Positions 1 through 14,442 of a stretch of 64,000 nt of DNA are shown here, piece after piece; the first letter of the stretch is position 1, and each line of letters starts with the position of its first letter. Source of the stretch: Ruditapes philippinarum (Eukaryota). Made by a program: the position numbers and the translations under genes. Below the pieces are notes generated by a model. It searched no databases. It was not told the origin of the DNA and saw nothing but the letters and a program-made list of their open reading frames with translations. The stretch spans positions 1 through 64,000 of the forward strand of contig NW_026865359.1 in the NCBI RefSeq assembly GCF_026571515.1, read 5' to 3'.

Positions 1-1790
1 TTTGACAAAGTGACATACTTTCATGTTCAGCTATGAATTTTGGACCATATGCACAGATTTATATGTAATATTACAGTTTGATATCCGCTGACCTAGATAA
101 TTTGTTGAAGTGGTATATTTTGATGTACAGCTATGGCATTTGGACTATGTACACAATTCAGATGTAAAATACTTGGACAATACAACTAGTCTTAATTTGT
201 TTCCTTTATCTTTTTTGAAGATTTGTTTAAACCTTTTACATGTATTTGTTTGCTTTAAGAAACAGTTTAAAAAGTCGAGCGGTGCCCTCGTCCGTCCGTG
301 GCTCTTGTTCTAATTACTCTGAACACATTTTCAAATAGATAAATGCTTGCTACGGTCGTTGTCACTTCTTATATATAATTCCTAAGACTGATTAAGTTAT
401 TCAAACTTCGATTATTATAATGAACGTTATTAGTCTTAGTACAAAAACGTCCCGGTTGAATGATATTATAGTAAACATAGTCTCACTGTAAAGAGAACCG
501 GTCATGTGTCCATCTGTTTGATACTTAACAATCATTCTTCCATTATGTTTTCTTCTTATATCTAGAAGACATTGACTGCATTTTATTCAAATGACAATGT
601 GATAACTAAATATTCACTTTTGCATTGGTTAATTATCAATATACTACTTTTAATCTGATGTTAAGTTTTGTATTTAAATTGTTAACTACTGACTAAAACT
701 ATTTTTGCCCTACCCAAAATCCGCATGCTTTAAATGCCACTTCTGTATGTAAGGAAATATCGTAATGGTATTAGGTCTGACTCATAATATTAATGAAGAT
801 AAACCTTCGTTGAAAGGGGGAATATTGCATCTAGACCGATAAGCTAGTTTATACCGTACCTCTGAACGGATAACAAGGTGCTAAAAAGACGGCTTTGCAT
901 ATTTGATATATATACAAGTAAATCATTATTTTTACAATATCTATTGATTATTGAAGTGATTATTGGTACAAACGTAAATGATTAATTTTATACTAAAGTA
1001 CTACACTATTTTCGTGTAGAAAACAAAAAATTTATTTGATTTGAATAATTTAAAATATATCATAAACTTATACTATGTTTTAAGTTTAACAAACCGATGA
1101 CTCAAGATAAAACGTAAAGATTCAAAACATATAATGTATATGATACGTTTATTGTATATTTGATACGAGATATTAAAATCATTTATCGAATTTTGATTAC
1201 GAAAATACATTTATTTAGGAGATATACCTTCATTGCTTGAAATTTTTTTTTTTCATTTACCATTTCATTCTATATTTTGTTACAAATCCGTATAATATGT
1301 TATAAATGTTGACAGAAATAGCAATAAGTTAGCCATATCAAAGTGAACTTTATATTGCAGACTTTTTGTCTTTGTTGTCATGACAAATTACATAAACATA
1401 ACATGTTAGACGAGTGTATAGACCGTTCACATTTCGTTATTTCCTTTGAAACGGAAGAAGCATTGTATGCGTTCACATTATATAATTCTGAAAGAGCAAA
1501 AATCATCAGTATTAACTGTTTGATTTTAACAATTTGTTCTCATCGAAGGGATTAACCAACAGTAAAGGTTATAGTATTTTATTTGAAAAAAACCGATTCA
1601 ATGGGAATATAAGTAAACAATTTCAGTGTTACCCAGAAAACAGTAATTTGACATAATTTAAAACGGTATGTCTTAATACCAAAAACGTTATTTGACATTT
1701 GTAACAAATGTAAGGAAATATGCCGGACTTGATTTGAACCAGCACAAGAATAATTCAAATTCGCATACATCTGTCCTCATTTGTAAGTAT
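1..1790 (+). repeat. Diverged direct duplicate of about 11745-13320 (region upstream of gene A)
   Basis: Colinear shared blocks: aacacattttca..agataaatgctt; tttatacc(g/t)tacctctgaacggataac; gcaataag(t/c)tagccatat; tttgaacca(g/a)cacaagaat. Confidence 0.8.
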
Positions 1791-4700
1791 CATAAGTCGA
1801 GTGTTGGAGACAGCATTTTGTTAAACGTTGATAACATAATATTGCATTTTAATATGTAGGTACTGTACATCTCCTTTGAGTATGATAAATTTTAAACTAT
1901 TTAGTGTCAAACTGATGGTCACATGACTTGTTGTTAACAATATCATACAAATGGGGCGTTCAAGATTTGCCTTGACGTAGCTAATAGAGTAAATTATGAT
2001 TATCGATATTTAAATAACTTTGATTATCTATACAACTTTGGAATAAAGAATGAGATTACAGTTAAAAACACGCACTAGTATTTATTAGTAACAAACGGTC
2101 ATGGCTGAATAAAAGCATTTTAATTATTCAATCTATTGAATGTCTTTGTGTTTCAATATTTTAAAATTTTAAACTAATGACTATAACTGTTTTGGCCACG
2201 ACTCCCGATTGCAAAAACGTGCCAAAAAACAATGTGAAAACATTAGAGTGTCGGCTTAAGCCAAAGCGAGCTATTCAGGTAAAATTTAAGCTTTTACCAG
2301 CCATTGACATAAATGTGTCTAGAACTCCTGGTATTGTGTTCAGTACAATATGGTTACCAATGTTGGCAGGTGTGTGCAATCCGGCCTATAAAAACTAGGG
2401 TTCTCTATTATATCTAAAGAGAGTAAATTAAATGCATTTATTCCACTTGAACTTGAACTTGATGACATAATAGCATGTTATAGTATGTGAAATTAATGAA
2501 AATGTACAAAACTCATGATCCCATGTCAGTTTTTACACCAAAATGGCTATCATCTCTGCCTGTTAGCCATTTTGTTGCATTGTTTTAACTATCGCTTAGT
2601 ATATAAGCATGCTTTTGGCTAATATTTTTTTTGTTCTTATCAATTACAAAGTGGGTATACATGACCAAAATAATACCGTTTTCAATGCATTAGTTGTTTT
2701 TCTACGACTATCAGGCACTACTAGCTAAAGTTCGAAAACATTATTTTTCTTGAAATATTATACTTACAGTTCTCTAAGCATGTAAGATAAAATAACTGAT
2801 TTATTAGACGATGTTATGTTTCGCATGTATTTTCATCTTTATTTTTTTGTATGACATCTAAAGATTTAAGATAATAACTTCATTGTATTCAATCATAATT
2901 ATACATAACATAATTTACAAAAAGAAACATATAATAAAAGCAATGAAATTAATTGAAAACAATTCTATGTACATTTCGCCCCTTCCGCTCCCTCTGAAAT
3001 TACACTAAATATGAATTTTGTACAGGCATTAAAGTCTATTTTTTACGTAGTACTATAAAAGACACATCATACCTCAGCAAAAAGTGAGTTGTTTACCCAC
3101 TGTTTTCTCATTTAGGGCACAAGCTGTTTTTTCCTGGGCTTTTAATGGAAAAGCACAACTGTGTCACTTTGAAAGTTCCTTTATAACCGCGGTATAAACA
3201 CAACTGCGGATGTTTCTTAATTCAAAATTACCATGTGTAAATATTGAGTTCTGCTTAAGCTAATGCAAGAGGGATTGGGCCGTATTAAGCAGTCCATGAA
3301 TAGACGCAATCAAACCGAGCCCGCCATATTGTTAATGTTGCCGTTTTAGACTTTCTTTAGGGATTCCTATTATCTCTAATTTCTATTTAGAAAGGCCAGC
3401 CATGAGTTTAATAACGTTAACATATTGTCTTTACAGCATGTTAAGTGCTCATCTCCTGAAGACAGAAGCGCTGAAGGGTGAATACCGACGTATACTTTAA
3501 CTGAAATTTGTTTTATTAACAAATAACAATTATAGTTTTATATCATTTAAAAGTCCGTGAGTTAAGTGTTGTATCATTTGATTTAAAAGGATCTTTTAGC
3601 ATGGAAATCATCTTTTATTAATCAGAGCATATTATTTTGTCTTAAAAATTAATAGCTGTTCCATCCAATCGATAACTATGCAAACTCATTGCCTAAATCA
3701 AGAAATACGGCAAATAATTCATGTAATTGATTTCTTCAAATGCCCTAGAAATTGAGCGAAATAATCATCAAAGGATTTATGAGATCTACAACAAGACTTA
3801 GCGGCGGAGATGAAGTAATTGTTTTCTTATTGATTATATTGTCTAGGTTTTTTGAACAAATTGTAAAAATTAACCGAACTTAAAAGCAACGTATGCAAGC
3901 ATATCTCAAAATACTCAAGATACCAGTTAACAAAATGGTTATCAAATATAAAATTACACAAACATGTATACAAAATAAGATTTTAATAGTCCAAGAAGTG
4001 ATGATATTTCTCATATACATGTAATCTATCAAGTTTGCATGTTTGTATTTTTGCAAACTCACCATGAGGCGTACGTGCGGATTGCTGTTAGCGTCTTGAC
4101 GATCAAAGCACTTAAAATTCGGAACATAATATAAAAATCCCTGTGAAGCATACACATATACTTAAAAAGTAGATTTATTTCGTACTTAAACGAAACAAAA
4201 AATAAGATAAATTACATCTGTAATCTAACGGACCTACGCGTTGTCTTGTTATATGGCCGATTTTGTAAGTAAATAAACCTGAAATAAGATTGTCTTAAAA
4301 TCCTTTAACTTATACTGGTGACATATTTATTAAAGGAATAGGAATGGATGGATTGATGTCTGTCTAATATAAATATTCATCATTTAAAAAGAGGAACCAT
4401 GACAGTTTTCCTATTGACATCAACCCTATAAGAGAGAAATTCGTGTTTTAAGACACTATTTTTTACTTGAGAAATAAGTTCATGGGCGCCGCCATTTTGA
4501 CGTTCTGTCATTCTCGCGAGACAGACGAGACCGAGATTGTGACGTGTTACACCCACTTCCGGTATAGGTGTACACGCTGGTACAACTGAAATATATCTTG
4601 ATGAAGAACTTATTAATGTTATTGCGTACATTATATATTATTTATGGAAACATCATATGGAACTGAATTGCTTTAATTAATTAATTGAAGACGCCGCGAC

Positions 4701-5046
4701 ATTAATTATTATTTGTGAATGTCCGATATTCAAGCTTGCTGATGATCTAAGCAATGACTGCTTAATTTTCAAAGATAAACCATAAATTTAATTTGGGTAC
4801 TATGAGAAACTTCTTCAAATTGACGATAAATCCTTTTAGTTTGTACTTAATTTTCGCTAGACAAGCTGCAAGTAAAATATTAACTAAATCCAATATGCAG
4901 ACGCGATTTTCCGCCATTGACGCTAAAAATGAGAATGGCGCAGGAAAATCGGCAGCCAGACTAATATCGTATGAAAACAAAACTGTCCGCTAGGTTATTA
5001 AGGCACTCAGTCAAAACTGGTAGCAACAGGTTGCCCATTCCCTATA

Positions 5047-7519
5047 CACTGCGGTATACCGTACCCCGGATATTGCTCGATATTATGAGGACTTTCATCC
5101 CATTTCGCGACTTTGAACGAGGAAAGAAGGTAAGTTCAGTGACGATATTTAGTCATTTTGAATTGGTTTGATATAAATTTTATAGAAAAACAAATACTTC
5201 GATAATTTCTCTAGTCACTGAAAACCCAAAAATGTTGAGAAATAGCTTTGAAATGTAATTAGGAGGTAAAATTCGCCTCTTTCCTCACGTGATAAATGAG
5301 CTCGGATCAGTCAAATTTGATGTTTTTGTGCATATACTTCCTTAAAAGAAAAACTTGAATCGAGTGAAATGTGATAATGATGATAATGTTTATGTTATAA
5401 ATGTTCAATCAACAATAGAACCTCAGATGACCGTGCATTTTGAGAATAAATACACATGTCAGTGTACCGAGTATGTTGGAGTTGCCCGCCGGTATCACGA
5501 GTATTGCTTTTTAGTGTAACGAGTATTGGTTATCAATATAGAGTAAATGCAAGTAGTAAACACAGAGTATTTACTACATTTAATTTTAAATATTTCTTAT
5601 TGTGTATACTTATTTACACTTTATGTGCAGAATATGCAGAGTTCGGAGGTACTTTACTGAAAACATCTGCGAATAATCCAGATTTTCATTCCTGCTCATG
5701 AAAAATCTCAGCAATTTTCTGTGTTTAAAAAGTTCTCGTTGCTATCGAAGGATCAAACTTTCCAGAGTTTGTTAATAATTATTGCATATCTTACTTTAAA
5801 TAGTAAAAAAATGCATCCAAAGTGCATTAATGCTACCTTAAGATTGTCAATATTAGACGGTATTGAGCAAGTTTGCCGATATCTAATATCAACCGACTTC
5901 CTTCTAAGCCAAAAATGCATATAAAGGTAACTTTCGGTCATTTTGCACCTGCACACCGTCTGCACGTGAAATTTGTTACGTCATTAGCAATGAGTTATCG
6001 TATGACTACCGATTGGGTACAGGTAAAAAACGAATAATGGATTTTGATAAGATTATGATAAAGGGCAGCAGATGCAATAGAAAGGTTATGTTCCTTATAA
6101 CCTTTTACCTCATAAAGGCGTGTTTGGAAGGCTTTACAACCCACCCCCTGTGCTCCCTTCTGTTTGGGAGTTTGAAGTGGGGCATTAGCCCCTCTAATCG
6201 CCGAAAAGATTTGGGACTTGTGGGGGGTGGGGCTAAAATAGTCTCAGGTCGATTTAAAGGTATCGTGTATAAACAACGCCGAAGGACTTTATCTCAATCA
6301 ATTGAAAAGTTGCTGCACCTTGAAATCAGTTTTGATGGGAAAAACAACGACGCAAAATAGAGATTTTTGGCAATTTTGAGACGTCCTCCAGTTGCCATGG
6401 TAACTGGAAATTTAAAATTGAGCATGCTATTTCACAGGCTATGGCCCAGCCAACATTTGTGCCCAGTTTGGTCAGTATTGAAGCATTTTTTTATAGTTTC
6501 ATAGCAGTTTGAACTTGTAACAAGAGGCTTAATTCAATGAGCAGTAAAAGATTAAGACGATACTGGCATGCTTGGACGGCATAAGCACTCGGGTCAATAT
6601 TTTACTAAGTGTGTCGATATGTTTCATAAGACAAACTTGCCCTGTAAAAACCTTTTATTAATGTCATCTAAATATGTTTTGTTATCCTTTTTCTTGTCAG
6701 AGATGGGTCTCCTTGATCACAGTTTCTTGAGACTCGTATTTAAAGATTTTTATCGTCAAATTCGATGGTTCTACCCTGCTCTCGAGCCTGTTTCCGACCC
6801 TGCACACACTTTATTTCATCTATAGTGTGATTTTCAATCAAATGGGAAATTAAATCTCTGTATTTGCCCATAGGAAAAGAACAGTAATAACACTGAAAAT
6901 CCATTGTTGAATCAGAATATTTGAATAAATATCATGTAATCAGCACATTATCATCAAAGTGAAATGAAATCGATAAACAGACGTGAAAATTAGACAAAAA
7001 TATCGATTTTCCATTTTAATATGCTCATTCTGTTTTGCAATACACTGTACACTAAAGTTGGACTATTTTGCAATACTCTGTACACTTAAAATCAATACTC
7101 GGTACACTTTCTTGCATCTTTTAAGGCCTGTATCTTTTTGAACTTTCACACTTTTTTCCTGAAATTTGGACAACGCATACTTGGATTGTGAATAAAAAAA
7201 TTGCTCGATTCAATTTTTTTCAATATTGGTAATATAATAATTTCTAACGATTCTACAGTATCACGGTCAGTATTTTCTAGTGAGGAGCTGATCGTTTAGG
7301 GGTAGTTTAATCAATTTTACAAATACCTGGAATACTTTTACGTCTTTTAGAGCTACAAAAATACCTCTAGACATATAAACCCCGTTGAGATAAATGAAAT
7401 AGCCATTAGTTTGGAAAATATCGTCGCTGAACTTACCTTCGTTCGCCGTTCAATGTCGCGAAATGGAATGAAAGTCCTCACAATATCGAGCAATATCCGG
7501 TGTACGGTATACCGCAGTG
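5047..7519. mobile_element. Non-autonomous DNA transposon with CAC...GTG termini and 5-bp TSD (Transib/RAG-like superfamily signature)
   Basis: About 105-bp TIRs (CACTGCGGTATACCGTAC... / ...GTACGGTATACCGCAGTG). CTATA duplicated at 5042-5046 and 7520-7524. Internal inverted AGTGTACCGAGTATTG-like motifs. Confidence 0.8.
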
Positions 7520-8266
7520 CTATACGCATATTCTCGGGTTTATCCAGTTCCCTTAAGCTTTTTTCCACGTTAGCTACTTACCAAATTCCTTTCCCCGACA
7601 GATACGCATTTCTACTACCGTAAATTTAATCCAATAAAACAAAAAATCATAAATCTACTTAATATTTGAAATGATTATTGGTAACTGAAAAAAAATGTGT
7701 TGCTATTTTATGACGTGCTGTAATTTACAGTATAATTTGACAGGTGTGGAACCTAATTCCCCCTAAGGTCATTCAGTTCACTGATGAAGCGTAAAAAAAA
7801 TACATGTCCTTTTCGTCATTAGAATATTTGACAAGGGTGATTGACCAATCAGGGCAACATTGTGCATGATCAAAAGGTCTGTCGGCACAGAGGCACACAA
7901 GGAGCAATAAAAATCGTCAGTACACAGTGTGACAAGAACATTTGGTGCAAATTAGGAATATTAAAATGGACAATGCGCAGTATTAGACATAAGTAGTAAG
8001 AACCAGCAATTGTGTGAATAACTTATGCAAATTAGACTTTTGAGCAGCCAATAAAAATGTTTTGCCTGCAGTTAATATTAGGCTACGATTACGATGCGCA
8101 GCATATCATATGTTGACAGACATGTTAACAATTTACTTTTCAAAAGAGTTGCTTATATTTTTGAAATGTGTACATCAATTATAACATATGTTCACACCTT
8201 TAAATTTGAAAGTCAGAATCGAACTGGAAAACTTTAATGATATGTACTATTAAGAACACGTTTTAG

Positions 8267-9155
8267 TAGGGTTTTTATAATGGAAGTGGCTAGCGTACGG
8301 GCCCGTACGGCTAGCCAAAAGTTTAAGCCGTACGTGAGTCACGTACGACTAGCAAGGACACACTGTATTGGCTAGCCGTACGGCACTTTTCAAAATTTTA
8401 TGGAAGTCGAAAATGCATAATTATGTTATTTTATGACTTTAAGCGAGGATTTTAACCAAGAAACAGCATTAATTGTCTTCGGATGTTAACTTTTTAGAGA
8501 TTCATCGCCTTGATCGCTATATATCGATCTTTGTCATTGCAAGATGTCGAGAAAAAAATAGCCTTTGGTTGCATTTACACCAGAGACATAGATTATCTAT
8601 GTCTCTGATTTACACCAATTGAAATAGTTTACAAAATTTTGATCATAATCCTTTTTTGTTTCATTAAGTTTAATTTTCGACACCTTTAATATGAAAAAAG
8701 TGTGTCCATCAAGGAACGTTTGCATGTTCCGTGAAAGGCATTCTAAAATTCTATTGTCAGTCCCTGGATAGGTTTTAATTAAGGCTAATTAATTGATTGA
8801 CTGTGCTTATATGTTCGATATTTATCTACTGTTTTGAAAATCATATAATTATTTTTGCATTTCACCGGGTTTTTTTTTTCAATGTTCTTTTTATTTATTT
8901 ATTCCACTCCGATAATTTTTTATTCGATCCATGTGCTTAAAATTAACACAAATGATTTAATAATTCATCTTTCATACAAATAAAACAACAAATGATAAGC
9001 ATGAAAATCAACAACATTTTATAACGTTCGACTTCCATATAATTTTGAAAAGTGCCGTTCGGCTAGACAATACAGTGCGTCCTGGCTAGTCGTACGTGAC
9101 TCACGTACGGCTAGAACTTTTGGCTAACGGCTAGAACTTTTGGCTAGCCGTACGT
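8267..9155. mobile_element. MITE with long inverted arms rich in GTACGGCTAG motifs; left end TAGGG (hAT-like), right end eroded into poly-T
   Basis: 8298-8410 is the reverse complement of about 9029-9153. Confidence 0.7.
8581..8607. mobile_element. 27-bp perfect palindrome with 8-bp TSD (ultra-short hAT-like insertion)
   Basis: CAGAGACATAGAT-T-ATCTATGTCTCTG flanked by ATTTACAC at 8573-8580 and 8608-8615. Confidence 0.75.
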
Positions 9156-9173
9156 TTCTTTATTTTTTATTAT

Positions 9174-9204
<31 letters not shown>

Positions 9205-10999
9205 GATATTGTTACGTATTTTGAACCATAAAAAAAATCTCCTCTACACCTCTTGTGAAAATGAAATTGTCTGGTCAATACTTTATTATATTAATATTTC
9301 CTTACGATTCAACTAGATTTATCATGAATCTAAAGATGTGGGGAAATGACATCACGCGCACCTGTTTTTATACGGCCAATACACAAACATGGCCGCGCTT
9401 ACTGATTTGTAGAAATCGGTGATTTAGCGATTTAAATTTTGTTATCATTCGTTTAATATTATTATTTGGCGGCAGAAAATTTGCAGATTTATTATTTATA
9501 GTTTTCTTTTTCTGAAATCAAGTTTTTATTCTAACCTTGTCTTTCCCTTTAAACTACTTATAGCTTTATTATAAGATATATATTTTGCTGACGAGATATA
9601 CGCAGGCGTATCGCTTGAATAATCAATAGTTTAAGTTGATCTCCGGAAACCGTTTTCCGTTGAATTTTATAGATACTACGTAAAATTTAAGTCTTCTTAA
9701 GTATTGCCAGCGGCACACTGTATTACTCCTTTAAGTACGTATCCTTACTTAATGCAATTTGCGTGTTTACTTATTTCATGTTTATGTTTGACCGCTGACG
9801 CTATCGTGAATATTATACTATTTAAAGGATCGTTGACACTTATTTTAATACAGAAGTGATATATCAATTCATGTATGGTATTTTATTATTAAGTTGTTTT
9901 CTCTTACAATGCATTTATTTGTCAAAACGTTCAAGTACTTGCATGTCCGTCGTAAAATAGAAGTTTTATATGGTATGGTAAAACATTCTATCTCACAGTG
10001 CGTCATTGAAAAAGAAAACGAATTAAAACATGTGTACATTGGTATACATTTTACGACGCGGGCCGTTGCTATCGACCGGAAGAACAATTTCTCGCGCATG
10101 CACACACTACGAAGGACAAGTCGGTCAATGCCCTACACAGGAATGCAGTAGACTTTCATAGAAAATTCTACCTATGTTGACAGTACAAAATATTTTATTA
10201 CAGGCATATCTAAACATGAAAACAACATATTTTATATTATGACACGTATGATGTCATTTTTAAAGTTGCTTATTATCCATTAACCTTTAATAAGCGTATA
10301 TTTTATCAAAACAGGATAAGATGCCGTTTATAGCGTTGTGGTTCAAGTTGACAAGTGATAATGAGAAGCATTAACATTTATGTTCATTTCAGATCAAATA
10401 TATGACTGTGATACCTTATGTGATGCCTTACAATATCTTGAGCAGTTAAGTCAATTTAATTGTTACACAGTAGCGAAAAACCACATGTTTTGGCTCGACG
10501 ATTTTTGTTGTTTGTTTTTGCTGTTTTTGTTTTTGTATTTTTTTGTTGTTGTTTTTATATTTTTTCTTTTCAAAGAAAAAAATAGAGGTGATGTTACAGT
10601 CATGTCGGCGTTCTCGTTAATAAAGATCCTGTATGTTGACATTCAGGTTGTTACCACACTTAAGTGAAATTATACATATGTACATAGTTATGCTTATGAA
10701 ACAATTTTCAAAAAATCAAAGAATATGTAAAGTATGAACTGCAAATATTTGTGCATATTTTATGTAATCATTAAATATAAAGTTGGGCTTTATAGAAAAT
10801 GAATTTCTAATTACCTCCCTTAATTTACATGAAATATTATATTCGGTAATATCCTTATAAATAATGCTTTTTGGAACTTACAATTTTGATAAATCTTAAT
10901 TTGAGCATCATATTTATGATATAAAACCATGACAAAATTGTGTTACAGGATCTTTAAGTTCTAAGTGTATTGTCTTCATACTTGGCCACAACAAACCTT

Positions 11000-12185
11000 G
11001 GGACAATACCGTCAAGAAAAACTAAACTTAACTTGATTTTCATTTATAAATGACCTTACCCTTCAAAGTCAAATGTCTAACGGTTGCTTGGAATTTACTA
11101 ATTTATGCTATAAGTGACTATAACATTGTTATTCTTTTTAAAGAATTGTCTTCATACTTAAACAGAACAACCTTTAAACCGACCAGAAGACATTTACTTT
11201 CCCGCAAAAATGACCATTACCTTAAAGGTCATATTTTTGTAATTAATTAATGGATTATCTTCACACTTGGACAAAACAACCTTTTGGACAATACATTCTA
11301 AATAGTTGAACTGACCTTTACCATGAGCTTTAAATTGCCTTGACCGTCAATATCAAATTATTGAATTTTGGTAAAATTGTCATAAATTTCTTATGTATTT
11401 ACAGATTTTATTTATATTTGGACAAATATAGAGACTTGCTACCAAACAAATTGGTATAATTGAATATATTGAATAATTTATATTTGTCATTGACCTTTTT
11501 ATTGACCTTGACCGAGGTAAAATTAATGAAATTCGATTATTTAATTCTATAGATTTGGACCACATGCACAGTCTTAAATATAAAATTTGACTTAGATTTT
11601 GATGATGATGATACCTTTCTTTTGATATCAGCTGACCTAGATAGTTTGATAAAGTGGCCTTCTTTTCTGTCCTTTGATGTACACCTGTGCGCAGTTTTAG
11701 ATGTAAAATTTAACTTAGATATCAGCTTATCAGCTTACCTAGAATTCGACAAAGTGACAGACTTCAATGTCCCTTGATGTACAGCTTTGACATTTGGACC
11801 ATGTGCAAAGCTTTAGATGTAATATCAGATGGCCTAGATAATTTGTTGAAGTGATATATTTTGTCATATGCATAGGTTAAGATGTAAAATTGAACTTTGA
11901 TATCAGCTGACCTAGATTTATAGTGACTTTCTTATCATTTGATATACAGCTATGAAATTAAGTCATTTGCGCATGTTTAGATAAAAATTGAACATTAAAA
12001 GAAGTTTACCTAGATTTTATGTACAGCTATGAAATTTGAACCAGGTGCACAGTTTTAGCTGTAAAATATTTGTGCAAAACAACAAATCTTTTTTTATTCA
12101 TTTAAAAAAAGATTTGTTTAAACTTTTTAATTTGAAGAATATAAAAAGTCGAGCGTTGCTCCTGCCCGGTGGTGGCTCTTATTTT
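11000..12185 (+). repeat. Degenerate tandem-repeat/HINE-like element (tgacctaga...gatgtacagcta units); its 3' end is also present at 1-310
   Basis: Repeated gatatcagctgacctaga / tttggaccatgtgcaca units ending in aaaagtcgagcg...ggctctt. Confidence 0.6.
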
Positions 12186-14442
12186 AGTTTATCACAACAC
12201 ATTTTCAGATTTTAGATAAATGCTTCCTACTTTTTTGTCACTTCACATATAAAGTACCAAAGACTGATAAAGGTATCTAAATTTTAATTATAATTCAACT
12301 TTCGTTTATACCTTACCTCTGAACGGATAACACGTTGCTGAAAAGAGTTGGATAAATGACATAAATACAAGTAAATTATTATTTTTACAATAACTTTTAT
12401 GTCTTAGTTAAACGTTGTTCATGTGATTATTGGTACAATTTCGAATCATTAATTTTATACAACTAGCCTCGTGTAGGAAAATAAATTTATTTGATTTGAA
12501 TAAATATCAAGTAAGATCAAAAACTCATATTGATGTTAAACAGCGATTCAAAATAAGACTGTACGATTTAAAACTTAAAATTTACATGTTACCTGTTTAA
12601 TTGTGGACTTAATATGTGATATTTGAGTATTCTATCAAATGTATTATTATGAAAATACATATATGTTTAAGATATACTTCATATGCATTTACATATTTTT
12701 TTTTCAATTACCATAGTACCATTTATTTTGTTATAAACGCACATTATATGAGAAATATTGCAATAAGCTAGCCATATTAAACTTCACTTTATCTTGTAGA
12801 GTTTTTGTCCATGTTGTTTGTTGTCATGAACATTGCATGATAGACGAGTATGGAATGTACAAACATGATACCTTTTTACATTAGGTATTTTCATTAGAAA
12901 CGGAAACAGCATTGGTGCGTACGCATTCTGTGAAGGGCACAATAAGGACTACTAAAAGAATGTAATTTAAATTAAAGGTATTTGATTCATTCGATTCCGA
13001 CATAAGCAACTTTGCATCAAGCCTGCATGAAATACAAGTACCTGATATGTAAATATCATCCAATAGAAATATTCGGTAAAAGTGTACGAAGTTTGGCTGG
13101 CGTCATAATTAAAGCATTGAACTTCTTGTTATTAAGGAGTCGTGATGCGAGTTCTCTTTGGGCCATATTCGCTTTACAATCTCATGCGTATGTGATTCCA
13201 GGTTAACCAGAATACAGCAATTTCTCGTAATAAAAAAATTCGTGATTTGACATTTATAACAAGTAAAAGAAAACAATGCGGGACTTTTTTGAACCAACAC
13301 AAGAATGATTCAAATCCTCGGTTGAAAGTATCATCAGGATCAACAGCATGCTCAGTTAGAGATAAAACTGTATTATACGTAAATTAGGTAATATTACTTT
13401 ATTAGTACAGCCAGCTTCTTTTTCTTAGTCAAAAAAGGCATAGTTTTGTCAAAATCAACATAAGGGTTATGGACATTGGATGATAATGACCTATAATGAA
13501 TTTTATGCTCTCAAATAAGCGTGTGAAGTTTCAACTCATTTCCTTCAGTAGTTTTTGAGATGCAAATACTTAACCAAGCAAAGTAGCTCTCCCTCTTCTT
13601 AGAGAAGTCCAGATAAAAACAAGATAGTTAGTCGATGATGCATTTAACAGGCGACATTTTAACTGCTTCACCTAGGACACCATAGAAACGTACTAAAAGT
13701 TGCAGCAAACTTGATTGCGCTACTTGTAAGTAAATACAGGTTATCGGAAGATGAATCTTATATATTGGATGTCAATGTTCAGGATCAAAAGCCACTGTAT
13801 ATCTATCCGTCTACCAGACAAAATAAAACAAAAGCATGAGACTCACAGACACCCTCTTTTTTCCACGCCCTCCTCTCCACCAAAACAAATCACAATTAAA
13901 TGATATTTTGGTATTTTATCTTTCCGACAACATTTTAAATGGAATACAAATAGTGTATGTGTTAAGCAGCTTCAGAAAAAGTTAATATGCTTTTACCTTT
14001 CATCTAAAATTAGATTGATTCGTTACATAGATATTGTGTTCAAACGCAAATCGTTTCAGATACTTAACTGCTGGCAAGCACCCAGGGTATTTGTTGCCTG
14101 TTACATTGGATACGGCCTTTTACATTACGATAAGCATGCGAAAAAGGAAACTTACCAAATTTGAGTTAGTTCCAAAACGTTATCTATATATCATTGAGAC
14201 AATACATGTTCATAGTCGGTTTCAATATGTCCACGATGATGGTCAATTTTAAACTTCAACACCAATATAAACAACACAAAAGGCGAAATAAACATCACAA
14301 CTATGTCCGTTTTACTCCATTTACAAAATAAGTTTCGACAAATTAAAGCATGGCTCCTAGCTTTGCCGTATTCAATTGCACCGCGCTTTGAAATAGGAAC
14401 CAACATGTTACCGAATGGCTGCGACTATAGCAAGACTGGTTT

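Noticed and set aside
4762-7623. Mirror-image small ORFs (4971-5171 +, 7353-7568 -) sharing LRYTV.RILLDI
   Set aside because: The similarity comes from translating the transposon's terminal inverted repeats; no transposase motifs are present.
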